From positions 570,753-634,752 of the forward strand of contig MU057560.1 of assembly GCA_013265495.1 (NCBI GenBank): DNA of 64,000 nt, read 5' to 3'. The stretch comes from Vicugna vicugna (taxonomy: Eukaryota). Shown piece by piece: positions 22,961 through 36,645 of this stretch (position 1 is its first letter; each line of letters begins with the position of its first letter). The notes under the pieces are model-generated. The model was given only the letters and a program-made list of their open reading frames with translations, was not told where the DNA came from and made no database searches. The translations under genes and the position numbers were made by a program.

Positions 22961-25446
22961 TTAACAAGAAGAATGTTGATGTGAATGAGTCAGAGGGCTG
23001 TTCCCTATGAGATCATCCATCCATCCATCCATCGATCCGGGCAGTGGAGGGGAGAAGTACCATCAGACTCATCTTGTTTGCGGGGCTCCTTGAAGCCAAA
23101 GACCTTTCATAGAGTAATCGTCTCAGATCTAGAAGAGACTGCAGACATCATCCAGCCCCAGACTCCCTCTCTTCACAAACCCACTAGGGCATGTGTTCTG
23201 CTGGACGAATGGTTTTCCAGGCTTTGCTTGGGCTCGTTCTGCGCAAGAGATCTCCATTCATAGGTGCTGGGATTACATCACCTGAAAGAGTCCTTTAAGG
23301 ACTGTGTAAGGATAAATAAAGAGTAAAATTACCCAGAAGGAATGAATCTGTGTTTTAGAACAAGCTATTTTAAAGCTAATAAAGAAGCAAAAATGTAGGC
23401 AAGACATGATGGAAATAAACCGTTCTAACTGGGGAGCCTCGGTACTGACTCCCAGTCCCTCTCTGCTGGGGACTGACTCTGTCCTTGAGCCTGGGTCACC
23501 TGCACAAACACCTCTCTCTCCCGGTTTGCTTCAGAAACCTCTGTTGCCCCAGATGTCTCCCCACTCCCCACCATCTGTCGCTACAAGACAAGCTGAACTG
23601 ATCATCTCTTGCTTTTGGTACAGCCACTCTAACCACCGAGATGTCTCAACATCTCTGTCGCTTGCTTCAAATTGAGTACTTAAAACATAAAATATTTTTG
23701 CTTAAATGACAAAGCGTTCACCATGTGCACGTCTATGACTTTTGCAGAACTCCTGCGTTTCATTAATTTCCATATGTCTAGGATCCGGTGCGGGGACACT
23801 ATTGAGTTTCACTGAATCATTCTCTTTCTGGGTCTAATTTCTGCAGTTAGACACAGAAATAGGGTAAATCTATGTGTCTCCTGGGCACAGCGTTGTAATG
23901 GAAGTAACCTTCCTCGGGGGAGTCTCCGTAGCTGTTTGCAAATGTCCAGTATCGCCAGAGTCTTCACAATGATTTCCAGGCTGAATGCAGCCTACAGCGT
24001 ATTCTTACTTTCCATATGCCCTTTTCTCTATTTTTTTTCCTTATTCTTTGCTACACAAGTCCCTTGACAGTGTCCCCATGTTACAAATGCTTGCTTGCCC
24101 CCAGGCCTTGAGTGAATTCGCTGTCTGTTTAATGCCAACTCCATATGGGATAGATTAACACAAAAAGCTTTAGCCTTGTACAACACTCAGATGCTTTCAT
24201 GTAATGGCCGTGAGGATGGGGGTGGGACATGAACACACAAGTGGGTGCATGTACGAAGAACAGAAATCCATTGAGTTCCCCCAGACCAGACGTCTGCATT
24301 CTCCAGGGCTCTCAGCAGCCAATAAATTTGACTTGAACTTTTTTTATTTCATGCATTCTGCTGTTAAAGCAAACCCTTCTTTCTAAACTAAGTATAATTG
24401 CAAGATACTATTCTGAGTGCCAAAAACGTCAACTGTAAGTTGCAAACATGGACACATTTAAACAGAACCATATGTTTAGATTGAAAGAAAAAAAATCAGA
24501 AACGAACCAATCATTCTACCTTTTGCTTAAGCGATAAATGGCCAGGAAGCAAACACGTCAGACAATAATCAGGGAACCAATGATCATTTCGCAAAACAGT
24601 ATTCATGTAGTCTCATCAGAAAATGTTATCCATGTCCTATGGGCATTATCAGCCGTATAAAAACCTAACGCCTTGAAAATAGAGGCTTGATTCGAGGGAC
24701 GTTTATTCAACATCTAATTAATTTATTTCATTCCGCACCAAGGTCACTGGATTGAGAGTTAAGACAGTTTGGTTTTGTTCATGGTCTGTCAGCTAGCCTT
24801 GGTACACAACTACTCTTGTGACCTTGGGCGGTGGTCTCCTATGTCACTCAGAAAAAATACTCACAGTCTTGACCAGGTCACACATCATCTGTACCTATCA
24901 CTCCCATCATTAATTTCCCTCCGTGGGCTGATGCAGGGGTCAGAAATCTCTTAGGGGCTAGGATGGTGATTAAACTCAAGCTCCACGTTAGAGAAAACTG
25001 AGGTTCAGGGATTTTAAGTAACTTATCAAAGAGATAGAGGTAAGAAATTACAGGGTAAAGAATATAAGATTTATTTTTTTAAGACTCTGATTTTCCCTTG
25101 GACCATGGGATAATCTTTTCTTTATTTTAATAAGTTCACTCTGCTTTCATTGGCTCATGTGTACCAAGAGAAGTTGGAACTATATCTCTATACTTCAAGC
25201 TGGAGTGTGTGTTTAGAGAGAGACATGAACCATTTTTAGGTCGTCAGATAAACTTTGGGAAAAATAGTTACACACATGTGTGTGTGCCCATGTGTGTTTT
25301 GAAAACATAAAACTAGCTTATTCAACCTAAGGTTTAATAGATATTGTTGCTTAAAAGGAGACTAAATTTGTTTAATATTCAAAGTGAACTGATTTTAAGT
25401 AATATTTAGGAGTAATTGTTCTGTATATGGGAAATAAAGACGTGGC

Positions 25447-25447
<1 letters not shown>

Positions 25448-25481
<34 letters not shown>
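25448..25481. repeat. (TA)n microsatellite
   Basis: TA run with one C interruption. Confidence 0.9.
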
Positions 25482-26329
25482 GTCAATGCCTAAATCCTTG
25501 AAAATTGTAAAATAATGAAGTGGATAATGCCAAATTGTTCTACTAGCACTAATAATTCAGAATCAGTGATTTTCCTTAATCAGAAAGAAAACATATGTAT
25601 ATACACAAACACACACACACACACATTTAAGTCAGCCCAAATGTAGAATGACTGAATGACGAAAATACAGGAAACTACTTATATGAAATCATCAAAATAA
25701 TAATACAATGGGAATTCACACTGAGTCTTGGAGAATTTCCAGCATCTATTCTCTGGAACAGACTCATCACTGTGAGCATTTCTCCCCATGTGAGTGTCTC
25801 CAAGCCGCACATCCAGCTGTCACACAACGGGCTTCAGCCCGCAGCACACTTAGTCACTGTGTAACTCAGGCCTGAAGTCCACCGACTGCATGTCTGGAAT
25901 GAACTTGAGGGAGTCTGGGGGATGCTTGAGGTGGCAACGTACCAGGCATATTTTTCACTGAGGATTAGCTGGTTCTTAGGCATGAAGTTTGAGATAAAGA
26001 AAGGTGGCAGGAAAGTTATTGACAAATATACTACCTTTTCAGGAAGAAGTGGCTTTCTAATCTCTTTTAAAGTACCCACATAAATAATGTTAACTCCGTT
26101 TAATGAAGCGTGCAAACTAATCTTGGTGCAGCTCATAAAAAATAGTTGCTTTAGAGCATTTCCATTCTCTATTAATAATTGGCTGGAAATATCCTCTCTA
26201 GATAGGATGAGCAGAGGAAGAGAGAGTTTGCGGAAACATGATGGTCCAGCCACTCAGCCTACAGTAGGAGTCTCATCCCCTTCCCCCAGGTTCATTTCCT
26301 TCATTCATTTCTATCACCACCACCATCAT

Positions 26330-26339
26330 TGTCTGTCTG

Positions 26340-26389
<50 letters not shown>
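26330..26389. repeat. (TCTG)n(TCTA)n tetranucleotide microsatellite
   Basis: About 12 TCTA units preceded by TCTG units. Confidence 0.95.
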
Positions 26390-26391
<2 letters not shown>

Positions 26392-26411
26392 CCCATCTAC
26401 ACATACATACA

Positions 26412-26588
26412 AAATCACTATGTCATTTGTAGGACCCAGCACAAAATGAAAATGTTGAGCCTTTTTAAAAAAAATTACTGAGACTTTCAAAACACGACAG
26501 CAAAGCATTAACCAACCCACGGTGGGCCCCTGCGGAGCACGGGGCCTGCGGGGACGGCACGGGTTGTAAGCTCATGAATCGGGCTCTG
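26412..26588 (-). mobile_element. MER45A-like hAT DNA transposon fossil
   Basis: Reverse complement cagagcccgattcatgagc...ggttaatgctttgctgtc...acattttcattttgtgctgggtcctacaaat follows the MER45A consensus nearly end to end. Confidence 0.8.
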
Positions 26589-27417
26589 TACACATACGTG
26601 TATTTTATGACCCTCATTGTTCTCGTAAAATCCCATAAGCTCAAAAACCTTTGCTTCATGTGTTTGGGTAGCATTTTATCCTACACGTGTGAATAAAAGA
26701 CTGAGTCAAAGCATCCTGTGAAAGAGGCAGTCAGAGGGGCTCCTCACGTACAAAGCCTTCTTCTGAGATCAGGCCATAGTAGGGAAAAATACTTTAATGT
26801 CCAGAGGTCCACATTACATTTTTATTCTGCCACAGAACCATGCAAATTGCCTGTAGGATAGGATGATAAATGCATTTCTCTGAGTTGTTTGCCAAACTGC
26901 CTTCGTATTGGCCAGTCAGAGCTTCTGCTGAGTCGGTTTGCCTCCAAACTGCCATCAGCAACTTGGGAACTTTCAGTTTTTCTGAAGCGCAAGTGGAAAC
27001 TTCCATGGAAAACGGTTGGGAGCTTAAACCCATGGACACACAACCAGGCAGCCTTGGTGGTTCTGCTGCGTCCTCTTGGGGCACTTTTGACCTTCTCTGA
27101 GCCCAGCCACGTTGACACCAGCATTGCAGAACTTGCCTGCTCCGGCCACCCCAGACCTACAGGCCCCGCTCCGGAGTTCTGGCTCCTGCTTCAGCCCCTT
27201 GTCAGAATGCCTCCGCCCTTCTCAATGAGAAGTCATCTCAGCTCTGGTCTGGGTCCTGGCCTCTGACTCAGCTCTGCCCTTCCTCTGCCGACAAGCACTT
27301 CTCTGCATGGCAGGCTGCCTCTCTTGAGCAAAATGTATTTGGTTCTCTTCAGCTAATTACCTTACGTGCTCATAAAGTCCCGAGGTAAAGAATCATCTTC
27401 AAGATGGTTAGGAAAGG

Positions 27418-27765
27418 GTGGGGGGTAGACAAAAGGGTGAAGAGGATCAAAAGGTACAAACTTCCAGCTATAAAATAAATGAGTGCTGGGCACGCAGTGT
27501 ACAGCCTGGGATGACAGTGATTGATGTTGTACTGCATACTTGGAAGTTGCTGAGTGAATCAATCTTAAAAGTTCTCATCACACGAAAAATGCATTTGCAA
27601 ATAAGATGGTGACAGGCTGGTGACGGGTAGCAATGAGACTCTTCGTGGTGATCGTTTGGAAGTGTATGCAAACAGCAAGTCATTACGTTGACACCTGAAG
27701 CTGACACGACATTACATGTCAATTACACCTCAGTGAAAAAGAAGAAAAAAAAACAAATAAAAAGA
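27418..27765 (+). mobile_element. L1MA9-like 3' end
   Basis: aaaggtacaaacttccagctataaaataaat...cttaaaagttctcatcacac...atgtcaattacacctcag + A tail; flanking taggaaagg at 27409-27417 and 27766-27774. Confidence 0.88.
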
Positions 27766-28437
27766 TAGGAAAGGAAGCTCAGTGAGGAGGCCAGTTACTT
27801 ACGGCCCTGGGCTCAGAGGAGACCCACCCGGGAGGGGAACACTTTCCAGAGCCCCACCTACGTGGGGCAAGCCAGCCCTGCCCCACGTCACGGGGAGCGG
27901 CTGAGAAGGAGACCTCAGGGACCACCTAGGCATCTAACCTCTTGACTTCACATGTGAGGAACTGAGGCTCGAGGAGATTATCCCTATCTTCACAACGGAG
28001 AGGCCAGAAAGAATCGCCCACGGGATGTGTTCATAAGCGTCCTCGCCTGGCCCATAGACACGTCCATAAAGTCTCAGCCTGAGCTTCAGAGAGTCTTATA
28101 ATTTCCTCTCAACCTTCCTTTCTGACATTCCTTAGCCATGTTGAACCAATTACGGTTGTTAATCACAGAAAGCACATTACCTTCTTTTCATATGCATTTA
28201 TACTTTCCTTTGTCTAACGCTGTTTCATCTCTTCTGTTTCCTCCCGTGTCTGGTCAATTCATTTCCTATTTGCCGTACACGTTTCTGGGAATTCTTTTGC
28301 CTTGTCATTTCAGTCCTGATCATCTTCCGTTATTAAGTTGTATCTAAACTTGCTTTACATACATTGACTGTGAGTCTGTAACATGTCGCCTGTCGGGCTC
28401 GATCTTGGGTGTACAGAGAGGAACAGGGCACACTCTT

Positions 28438-29054
28438 TATTTTTTTTTATTGAGTTATAGTCAGTTTACAATGTTGTGTCAAATTCCAGCATAGAGCACA
28501 ATTTTTCAGTTATACATGAACATACATATATTCATTGTCGCATTCTTTTTCGCTGTGAGCGACCACAAGATCTTGCGTAGATTCCCCTGTGCTACACAGT
28601 GTAATCTTGTTTATCTATTCTGCATGTGCCTGTCAGTATCTACAGATTTTGGACTCCTATTCTGTCCCTTCCCATTCACTTCCGCCCTGGCAACCACGAG
28701 TTAGTTATCTATGTATATGAGTCTGTTTCTTTTTTATATTTAAGTTCATTTGTCGTCTTCTTTTATTTTTAAGATTCCACATATGAGTGATCTCATATGG
28801 CATTTTTCTTTCTCTTTCTGGATTACTTCACTTAGAATGACATTCTCCAGGGACATCCATGTTGCTGCATATGGTGTTATATTGTCATTTTTATGGCTGA
28901 GTAGTATTCCATTGTATAAATATACTGCAACTTCTTTATCCAGTCATCTGTCAATGGACATTTAGGCTGTTTGCATGACTTGGCTGTTGCAAATAATTCT
29001 GCGATGAACATTGGGGTGCAGGTGTCATTTTGAATTAGGGTTCCTTCTGGATAT
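28438..29054 (-). mobile_element. Young camelid L1, 5'-truncated, inserted in an L2 remnant
   Basis: T tail then ttgagttatagtcagtttacaatgttgtgtcaaattcc...; 13-bp TSD agggcacactctt / agggcatactctt at 28425-28437 and 29055-29067. Confidence 0.92.
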
Positions 29055-30739
29055 AGGGCATACTCTTGTCTTCAGGGAATTCACTGTGTAGGAAATTGGT
29101 CTAATTTAAAGGACCTTAAACACAGTGGTGTGTGGGGTGTAATGACTGGTACATGCCAGGGAAAACAGAGAAGAGGTGTCTAACCAAGGCTCGGGATGTC
29201 CTTGAGGGCCTTCTCGGAGCAGCCTGGGCCACAGTGGAGGTTCCACCAGCCCCTAGAAATTCTCTAGGTTAGAAGGTTTGAGTTATAGTATCAGGAAAAA
29301 GAAAGAAGAACCCCTAACACAGTTACACATTTCGAAGTTTATTAATACCCCAAGAGGTCATTCTAATACTTGCACAATTCTTTGGGATTTAACCATAGAG
29401 AGAGCTCTATTCCTCCTCGTACATGATGACAGTTCTTGCTTCCCACAACAAGAAAGAGAACTTCAGAAAAGCGTATGCTCCCTCAGGTAACAACTGGGCA
29501 AAGTAACTTGAAAGGAAAAAAAAAAAAGTTGTGTTGCCACATCCAAGCAAGAAATTCCGAGTGTTCTCCAAGTTCACTGAATTCCACGCTCGTGAACCAG
29601 CATGCCGCTCTGTCAAAGAAAAGCAATGCAGAATTAGGAAATACAACATGATCGTGATCCTCGTAGACCATCTATACCAATTTCTTCACTTTTACTAGCC
29701 TGTGAGGTCAAGGAAAAAGAAGTGCTTTTTCACAAGTCACAGGACCACGAGCCCAGAGCTAGAAGCAGCCTGTTGTCCTAGCACCCACGATGATTTTTTA
29801 TTTCTCTGCCTGAAATGACACTTTCAAGGTGCAATGCAGGAGCATTGCTACCTAATAGTAGAAAGCCCTACGAAGGCCGAGAACGATGGACGTGCCAGGA
29901 ACTTATGAGAGAACCAGAAGCAGCCTCTGTAGGCGTTCGTGACCAGGGCAAGAAATGATTGATAAAGGTCCACTATGGTCTTTCCATCCATTTAAGGAGG
30001 GAGAAAGGATTACTGTGAAAATTATGATACAAAAAAAAAATATCTAGGCAGTGTGTAGTGACCTCACTATGTCTAGATTTGCCAAGCAACCAGAGTGAAA
30101 ATGTGACAAATCTGGTCTGTTGGTGACGTGCACATGGGCTCTAGAACCAGCGTTGCGCTCCGTGTGGGAGCAGGTGAGAGGTTCAGCCGTCACCCGAGGT
30201 CTGATGGAAGCTCTGACGCTGTCTGGATGGCTGCCTCGCTGGTGTGCTTCAATCATGAGAGGGGTGGCTTTTCTGAAATGAAGTAGAAATGCCATAATAA
30301 TTCAGCTGGTAGCATTTTTATAAGGCTTTGGAAGGCACTCTCAGGGACTGCAATTTCTCCTCTTCTAAAATCCCTTAAAAGTTATCTTTTCATCAATAGA
30401 ATACGCATACTTCATTTTAAAAGGTCTCCAATGCCCACAGAAGGATTGAAATAATACGAGCCCAGAAAAATGCGCCTTAAAAACCATGGTGACATTTCTT
30501 GGCAAACAGTTGACAGTTTCCTACATTTGGCTCCCCTCTGATGGTAATTAGTTTACAGTGTTTAACTTGGTTCACCTTTGAGGAGGTTGTCACGATGATG
30601 TAGCTCTATTGCCTTTTAATTATTTTAATCATTAAGACATCCAGTGATATGTTCTCATTCTGTGGGAGTCGAAGCTTGCAAACACAGAAAGGGAAAGCAA
30701 TTTGAAGCTAACCGAGGAAGAGCGGTGAACGGTTGGTTA

Positions 30740-30840
30740 ATTGAACAAGCCCTCACTGAGCCCCCACCGTGTGCCGGGCTCTGTGCTCAGAGCTGGGGAG
30801 ACGGAAAGCGGAATTAGCCGTGGTTAATGCCCTCCAGAGG
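30740..30840 (-). mobile_element. L2 3' terminal fragment
   Basis: cactgagcccccaccgtgtgccgggctctgtgctcagagctgggga. Confidence 0.6.
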
Positions 30841-32479
30841 ATGGAGACGCGTGTAACTCACTGTAAACCATGTGGCAAGCGATCCAACAGGGCTAGAAAC
30901 AAAGCGTTTTGAAGATGCAGAAGAAGAGAGCCGTCCATTCTGCCTGGCAGGGCTGGCAAAGCACGCCAGTTCCGAGTGCTTTTGATGGAAAACAGCCAAA
31001 AATAAACCCAGACTGGCCTAAAGAACAAGAGAACGTTTACAGAATAGCGATGCCAATACTTGGTCAGGGGCAGGGCTGGGCTGAGGGACTCAGCTGACTT
31101 CACCAGCCTCTACTTGCCTCAGTCCCGGTCGGGTCCATCCTGCGGGCGGGAGGCTTCATTTTCAGATCACGAGTCGGGGCGACACGGCAGCGTCCACTGC
31201 GATACTGCATTTCTGCCAAGTTTGCATGCAGCAGGCACAAAGCCTGCACACGTGACGAAGGCCCAGCGGAGGCCTTCTGTGCCCTATTGGCTCTGAACTG
31301 CTTAACGCCCCTGCATTCTTTCGACTGGGCCATTGGAGTGGGCCCATCACAGCGCCTGGAGGGGAAGTCAGCTCTGTCCAATTCTCATGGGTGAAGAGCC
31401 TTGAAAACATAATCTTCCTCCAAAAAAATAAACATATTGTTTTAGTAAAAGGAATTTGGATGGGTGTTGAGCGGCAGACATCAGCGGTAAATGAGCTGGA
31501 CGTAAAAGCCTGAAGGCGGGAAATGGTTTAGGTGTGCCCAGCCGTTGGCCAGGCAGTTGGCACTCGCAGAGGAATACAGACATAAAAGTGTGAAGATGGG
31601 GACGGATTTTCAGGACTTAGCGAGCGTTTGGTGAATGAGCGGTGAGGAATCAAAGATGACCTAAGTCCACGCTGCAGGATCAATGGCTGTATTACTGTCT
31701 ATCCGTCTTAATTACTTATTTCTTAGGGTTGATTTTCAGAGTACGCGTGTTGTCCCTTCAGAGAACAGTACACATAACTTGGTGGTTTGGGTCTGAGAGA
31801 AGATCCTAGCAAGTGTGTGCCAGGAGAGCTGGAGGGGAAGATAGGAAGACAGGAAAAAAGGTAGGAAGCCCTCTGCCTGTTTCTACAGGCAAATCCCAAA
31901 GCACCCCAAAAGGCGTGCCGCGTTTACCCTTCTATCTGTCCGGTCATCATGAGGTGAGAGTACTGCTGAATTGGAAAGGGCGAGCTCAGTGCGCGTGGAG
32001 AGCCCTCGCACACAGGATGGGGAACTGTCTGGCCCACGTACACTCTATTCCACTTTCAGACTTTGACACAGAAACCACCGAACAATCACGATGGTGCAGC
32101 CATCGCTATGGTCAATGCCCACGGGATAAATTACCTTGACTCAATTTATAATTTTGCAGTCCAGTCTAATTGGTCACAGCAATAGCTGTTAACCTTCTTA
32201 CTTGAAGGCAAACTGTGCTTTGGGTAATTTTGATATAAACCATGGGTAATTAGTACTATGCGGTTGATATAGTATTAGGGAAAGAAAAGTATGTATGGTG
32301 ACAGGCTGAGTTTTAAGTCTGACTCTGTTCTTTTCCACAAGGGGAGATTTTTATTCTGTCTTCCTGATTCCCAGCATCCACAGGGATCAAACAGGGATGG
32401 GTACAGAGAACCACATGTACTTCTGGCACGATGAAGCATGCTGTTGGGTTGTTGGGAAAAAATCAGACTGGAGAAGGCA

Positions 32480-32852
32480 CTTGGTCCTTTGCATGTGCTA
32501 TTTCCTTGGCCAAGAATATGATTCTTTCCTCCCCGCATCTTCATGCTTCAACTTCGCCTGCTAATTCTTACTTATGAGAATTGACCTTAGACATGCCAGC
32601 TGCAGTTTCTCTGAATCTTCCAGATTGCTCCCTCCCTTCTATGAACACCACAGCTCCCCATGCCCTCTTCTAACTGTCCTTCCTCCACTGGTCTAATCCC
32701 TAGACCTCTAGTCTAGCTCCCTCTTGACTCCATGATGGCGGGAGACAGGTCGATGTTTTGCACAGTTGTATTGTCCCCAGGGACCAGCGCAGAGCCTCGC
32801 ATGTCGTAGGCAACCATCAATATGTGTTGAATGAATGCTTGAATGAGTGAGT
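32480..32852 (+). mobile_element. L2a 3' end
   Basis: cctttgcatgtgctatttccttggcc...gtaggcaaccatcaatatgtgttgaatgaatg. Confidence 0.75.
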
Positions 32853-34664
32853 AATTTAATGGGACCTTTAAGTGGAATGATGTAGGCTCTCGATTAAAAG
32901 CCTGCTGAGATGTGGACCTATGGTCAGTTTGGCGTTAACTTGAAGGACATGAGCAAAAAAAGTCTACGTGATCCTTAAAGCATATGTGGGCGCCGTTGTA
33001 TCCTCCCTGTTTCTGTCAGTCAGCAGCTTGGTTCACTAAGCGGGGAGCCTGATGCAGAGAGAAGAACACCACATACTGAAAATGCAGGCTTGAAATCCAC
33101 TGGTGCTATTTGTAAGCTATTTCTTAGCATCATTCCACCTGCCTGAGCCTGCTTACTCATTTACAGAGGAAGAATGCCGATCATGGCACATGCATGTCTA
33201 TATATGCAGAATTAAACTGATTTAATTTATCTATGTTACTTACATACTATAATTAAGAGTTAATATGTGACTTCATGTATACACACACACACACATATAT
33301 ATGTATATAAGTCTGGTAAAGGTGTTATGAAAGTTAAATAAGAAAATAAAATGCCTTGTAGAACGGAAAGAGGTATTTAAACAAAAGTATTACAAGAAAA
33401 TGAAATCTGCCCTCGAGATGCACGCAGGCACAGTCCAGGCGTAACCAGGAGGGGTCAGGTCAGCCTTGGCCTCTCCCTCGTGCCCCATCCCGTGCCTCAG
33501 TAATCAGTGGACTTTGGCTGGTAAAATAAATCGTCTGTGCATAGTATTCTTCCTTTCTGCACAAAGTGAGTGGTCGTGGGCAGTGGCCCTCAGGGAATTC
33601 TGTAACAGCAGCAGAGACACATCTTATCACAGCTCTGTCCCCTCGTTTGTAGACTTGTACACAGCTTAAGGAAAGTCCATTCGACATCTTCTCATTCCTT
33701 ACTCTTCAACTGCTAAAACGTCGTTTTGCTAAATTAATTTCATGTCCAGAAACCTCACGCGTTCGTCATATAGGTCTTTTTAAAGTTTTTGTTCTCGGAG
33801 CTGAGGGAGCAGAGCCGTGTCGCACCCCCCGCCCAGACCTGCATACACTTAACAAACCCCTACAAGTTGGAGATGGACTTGACATTTAGAATTCAGCGTT
33901 CACGCTGATGCTAAATGCAGGCAGAAGCACCCTGCCCTCCTCTGGTAAATGAACTTTCAATTTACCAATAAGAAAACCACAGTATTGGACTGTGCTAAAC
34001 TTAACTTTCAAATTGTTGTATAATGAATATTAATTGAATATGTATTGATTTTGTTCTTTTGACTAATGGAGTCATTTCAAAAGAAAAGCGTGTTTCAGTA
34101 ATTAAGCAGATTAAAAGAGACAACATATATTTCTTGTTTAATCAGTCCAGTAATTGAGTTCCACTAGTTTAAATTCACATCTACTCCCTATTTAATCAAA
34201 TTGAAATGCTATGTTTGTCCTAAAACTAAAAAGTTGCACGGATAGGACACTCAACCCAGAGAATCACGTTTCAGAAATCACCATGAGTAAAGGCGTATTA
34301 TTCTTACTCAAAGTTCGTCAGGGATAGGTTTTCCTTGAAAGTATTGTAGGTCCTGAAGTTGTTTCTGGAACCACACCAGTGACAGCAGCATCGCTGTGTC
34401 TCTGACATGACACAGGGATAGCACATTGCAGGCCTGATGGCACCATGGGCCCCAACGTGTGAATAAAGTGACCACAGCAACGTAAACAATGGCCCAACAC
34501 AGAGGCGTGTTAACAGCGGTAGAACAGAGCTCTCTGTGGTCCCGTGGATCAAAACAACAGCACAGCTGGGACAGAAACCTGATTTATGCCATTTTCACTC
34601 ATAAGGACCTAAGAGGGATTTAAAACTCACAGACTGAGGGAACGGGAGGGATTCCATGAGCTTT

Positions 34665-36330
34665 CAGAGACAAAATTCTTTCACGCATAGAGAAAGCTGT
34701 GACCCAGAATATCCAACATGACACTGAAGAAGAACAACGTTAAAAAACTGACATTACCTGACTTCAAGACTTACTATAAAGCTGCAGTCGTCAGGACAGA
34801 ACGGTATTGCTGGAATAATAGATGAATAGAGCAACGGGATGGAACAGAGTCCAGGAATAGACTCACATAAATACAGTCAACCGGTCTTTGATAAAGGAGC
34901 AAAGGCAATACAATGGAGCAAAGACAGTCCATTTAGCAAATGGTAATGTAACAACTAGACGTTCACAGGCCCAAAAAAAAAAAAAAGAATACAGACACAC
35001 ACTTGACACTCTTCGCAAAGGTTAACTCAAAATGAATCACAGACCCAAATGTAAAACACAGAACTATAAAAATCCTAGAAGATAACATGGGAGAAAACCT
35101 ACATGACCTTGGGTCAGGCAATGACTTTTTAGGTACAATACCAAAGGCATGATCCGTGAACGAAGTAATTGATAAGTTGAACTTCATTAAAATGAAAAGC
35201 TTCTGTTCTGCAGAAGACAATACCAAGAGAATCAGCAGACAAGCCACCAACTGGGAGCAGCTATTTGCAAAAGACACACTTAATAAAGGACTGTTATCTA
35301 AAATACACAAAGTACTCTCAAAATTCAAAAAGCAAAAAAGGAACAACCTGATTAAAACAATGGGCCAAAGACCTCAAGAGCCACACAGATGGCAATAAGC
35401 GTGAGGAATGAAGGCAGCATCACGTGTCATCAGGAACATGCAAATTAAAACAATGAGACCCCACCGCACGTTTACTAGAATGGCCACGAACCAGAAGACT
35501 GACAGCACCAAACGCTGGCAAGGATGTGGAGCAACAGGAAGTCTCTTTTATTGCTGGCGGGGATTCTGTACAGCCGCTCTGGAGGCAGCTTGGTTACTTT
35601 TTACAAAATTAAACGTACCCATCGCATGATCCAGTAATCATACTCCAACAGTTGTAGTCCTTGGTATTTACCTGAAGGAAATGAAAACTTATGTCTGTCC
35701 ACACAGAAATTTTTACTTGACTGTTTACAGCCACATTGTTTATAATTGCTGAAACTTGTCAAAACTTGGAAGCAACCAAGGTCTAGTAGGTGAGTGGATA
35801 AATTACCCAGACAATGGAATAGTATTTAGCACTAAAAAGCAATGAGCTATCAAGCCATAAAGAGACAGGAAGAAACTTTAATGTGTCTTACCAAGTGAAA
35901 GAAGCCAATCTGAAAAGACTTCAGACTTTGATTCCAGTTATATGGAAAAGGCAAAACTACGGTGAAAGTGAAAAGATCAGTGGATGAGAGGGGCAAGGGA
36001 AGGTGAGGGACAGGTGAGTAGTCAGGGCACAGTGGATTTTAGGGCCATGAAACTACCCTGCAGGAAGCAGTAACGTTGGACACATGTCATACACCAGCCC
36101 AAACCCACAGTTACGACACCAGGAGTGAACCCCTGGACTTTGAATTATATGATGTGTCAATGGAGGTTCCTCACTGTAACAAATGTACCATCTGGCGGGA
36201 GGGGGGGGTGTGATAATGAGGGAGGCCATGCCTGTGCAGGGGCAGGGGGAATCTTAGAAACCTCTGTACCTTCCCCCCATTTTTGCCATGAACCTAAGAC
36301 TGCTATTAAAAACAAGCCTACTAAAAAAAA
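34665..36330 (+). mobile_element. L1MC1-like LINE fragment (decayed ORF2 C-terminus + 3' UTR)
   Basis: acctgacttcaagacttactataaagc; ORF remnant 35156-35398 (IDKLNFIKMKSFCSAEDNTKRISRQATNWEQLFA) is L1 ORF2-like; ends gaacctaagactgctattaaaaacaagcctactaaaaaaaa. Confidence 0.92.
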
Positions 36331-36399
36331 CAAACGGGCAAGCAAACGGACAAACTGTAGCACGTGCTGTCAAGAAGCCAGAGGAAAGACCGAGGTGAA

Positions 36400-36645
36400 G
36401 AAGTAACGACGTCCCTGGATGCAGCCCCACCTGAACCCCTCAGGAACAGCCTCGGCCCAGCTGTTTGCCCCGAGAGCAGGGCCTTTCCGGAAGCAGTCCC
36501 ACCCCCGTGCCGTCCCAGAAAACCAGCACAGCTGAGCCTGCATGGAACAGGCCGGCCCAAGCTAATTAGCTCAAAACAGGGATGACTGCTGTTGTTTTAA
36601 GCCGCTGGATTTGGGGGCGATCTGTTACACAGGAGTACATAGCAG
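36400..36645 (+). mobile_element. MLT1 LTR 3' fragment
   Basis: cagctgagcc...ctgttgttttaagccgctggatttgggggcgatctgttacacag. Confidence 0.6.

Noticed and set aside
35156..35629. Functional reverse-transcriptase-related CDS
   Set aside because: Frameshifted, stop-riddled L1 ORF2 remnant
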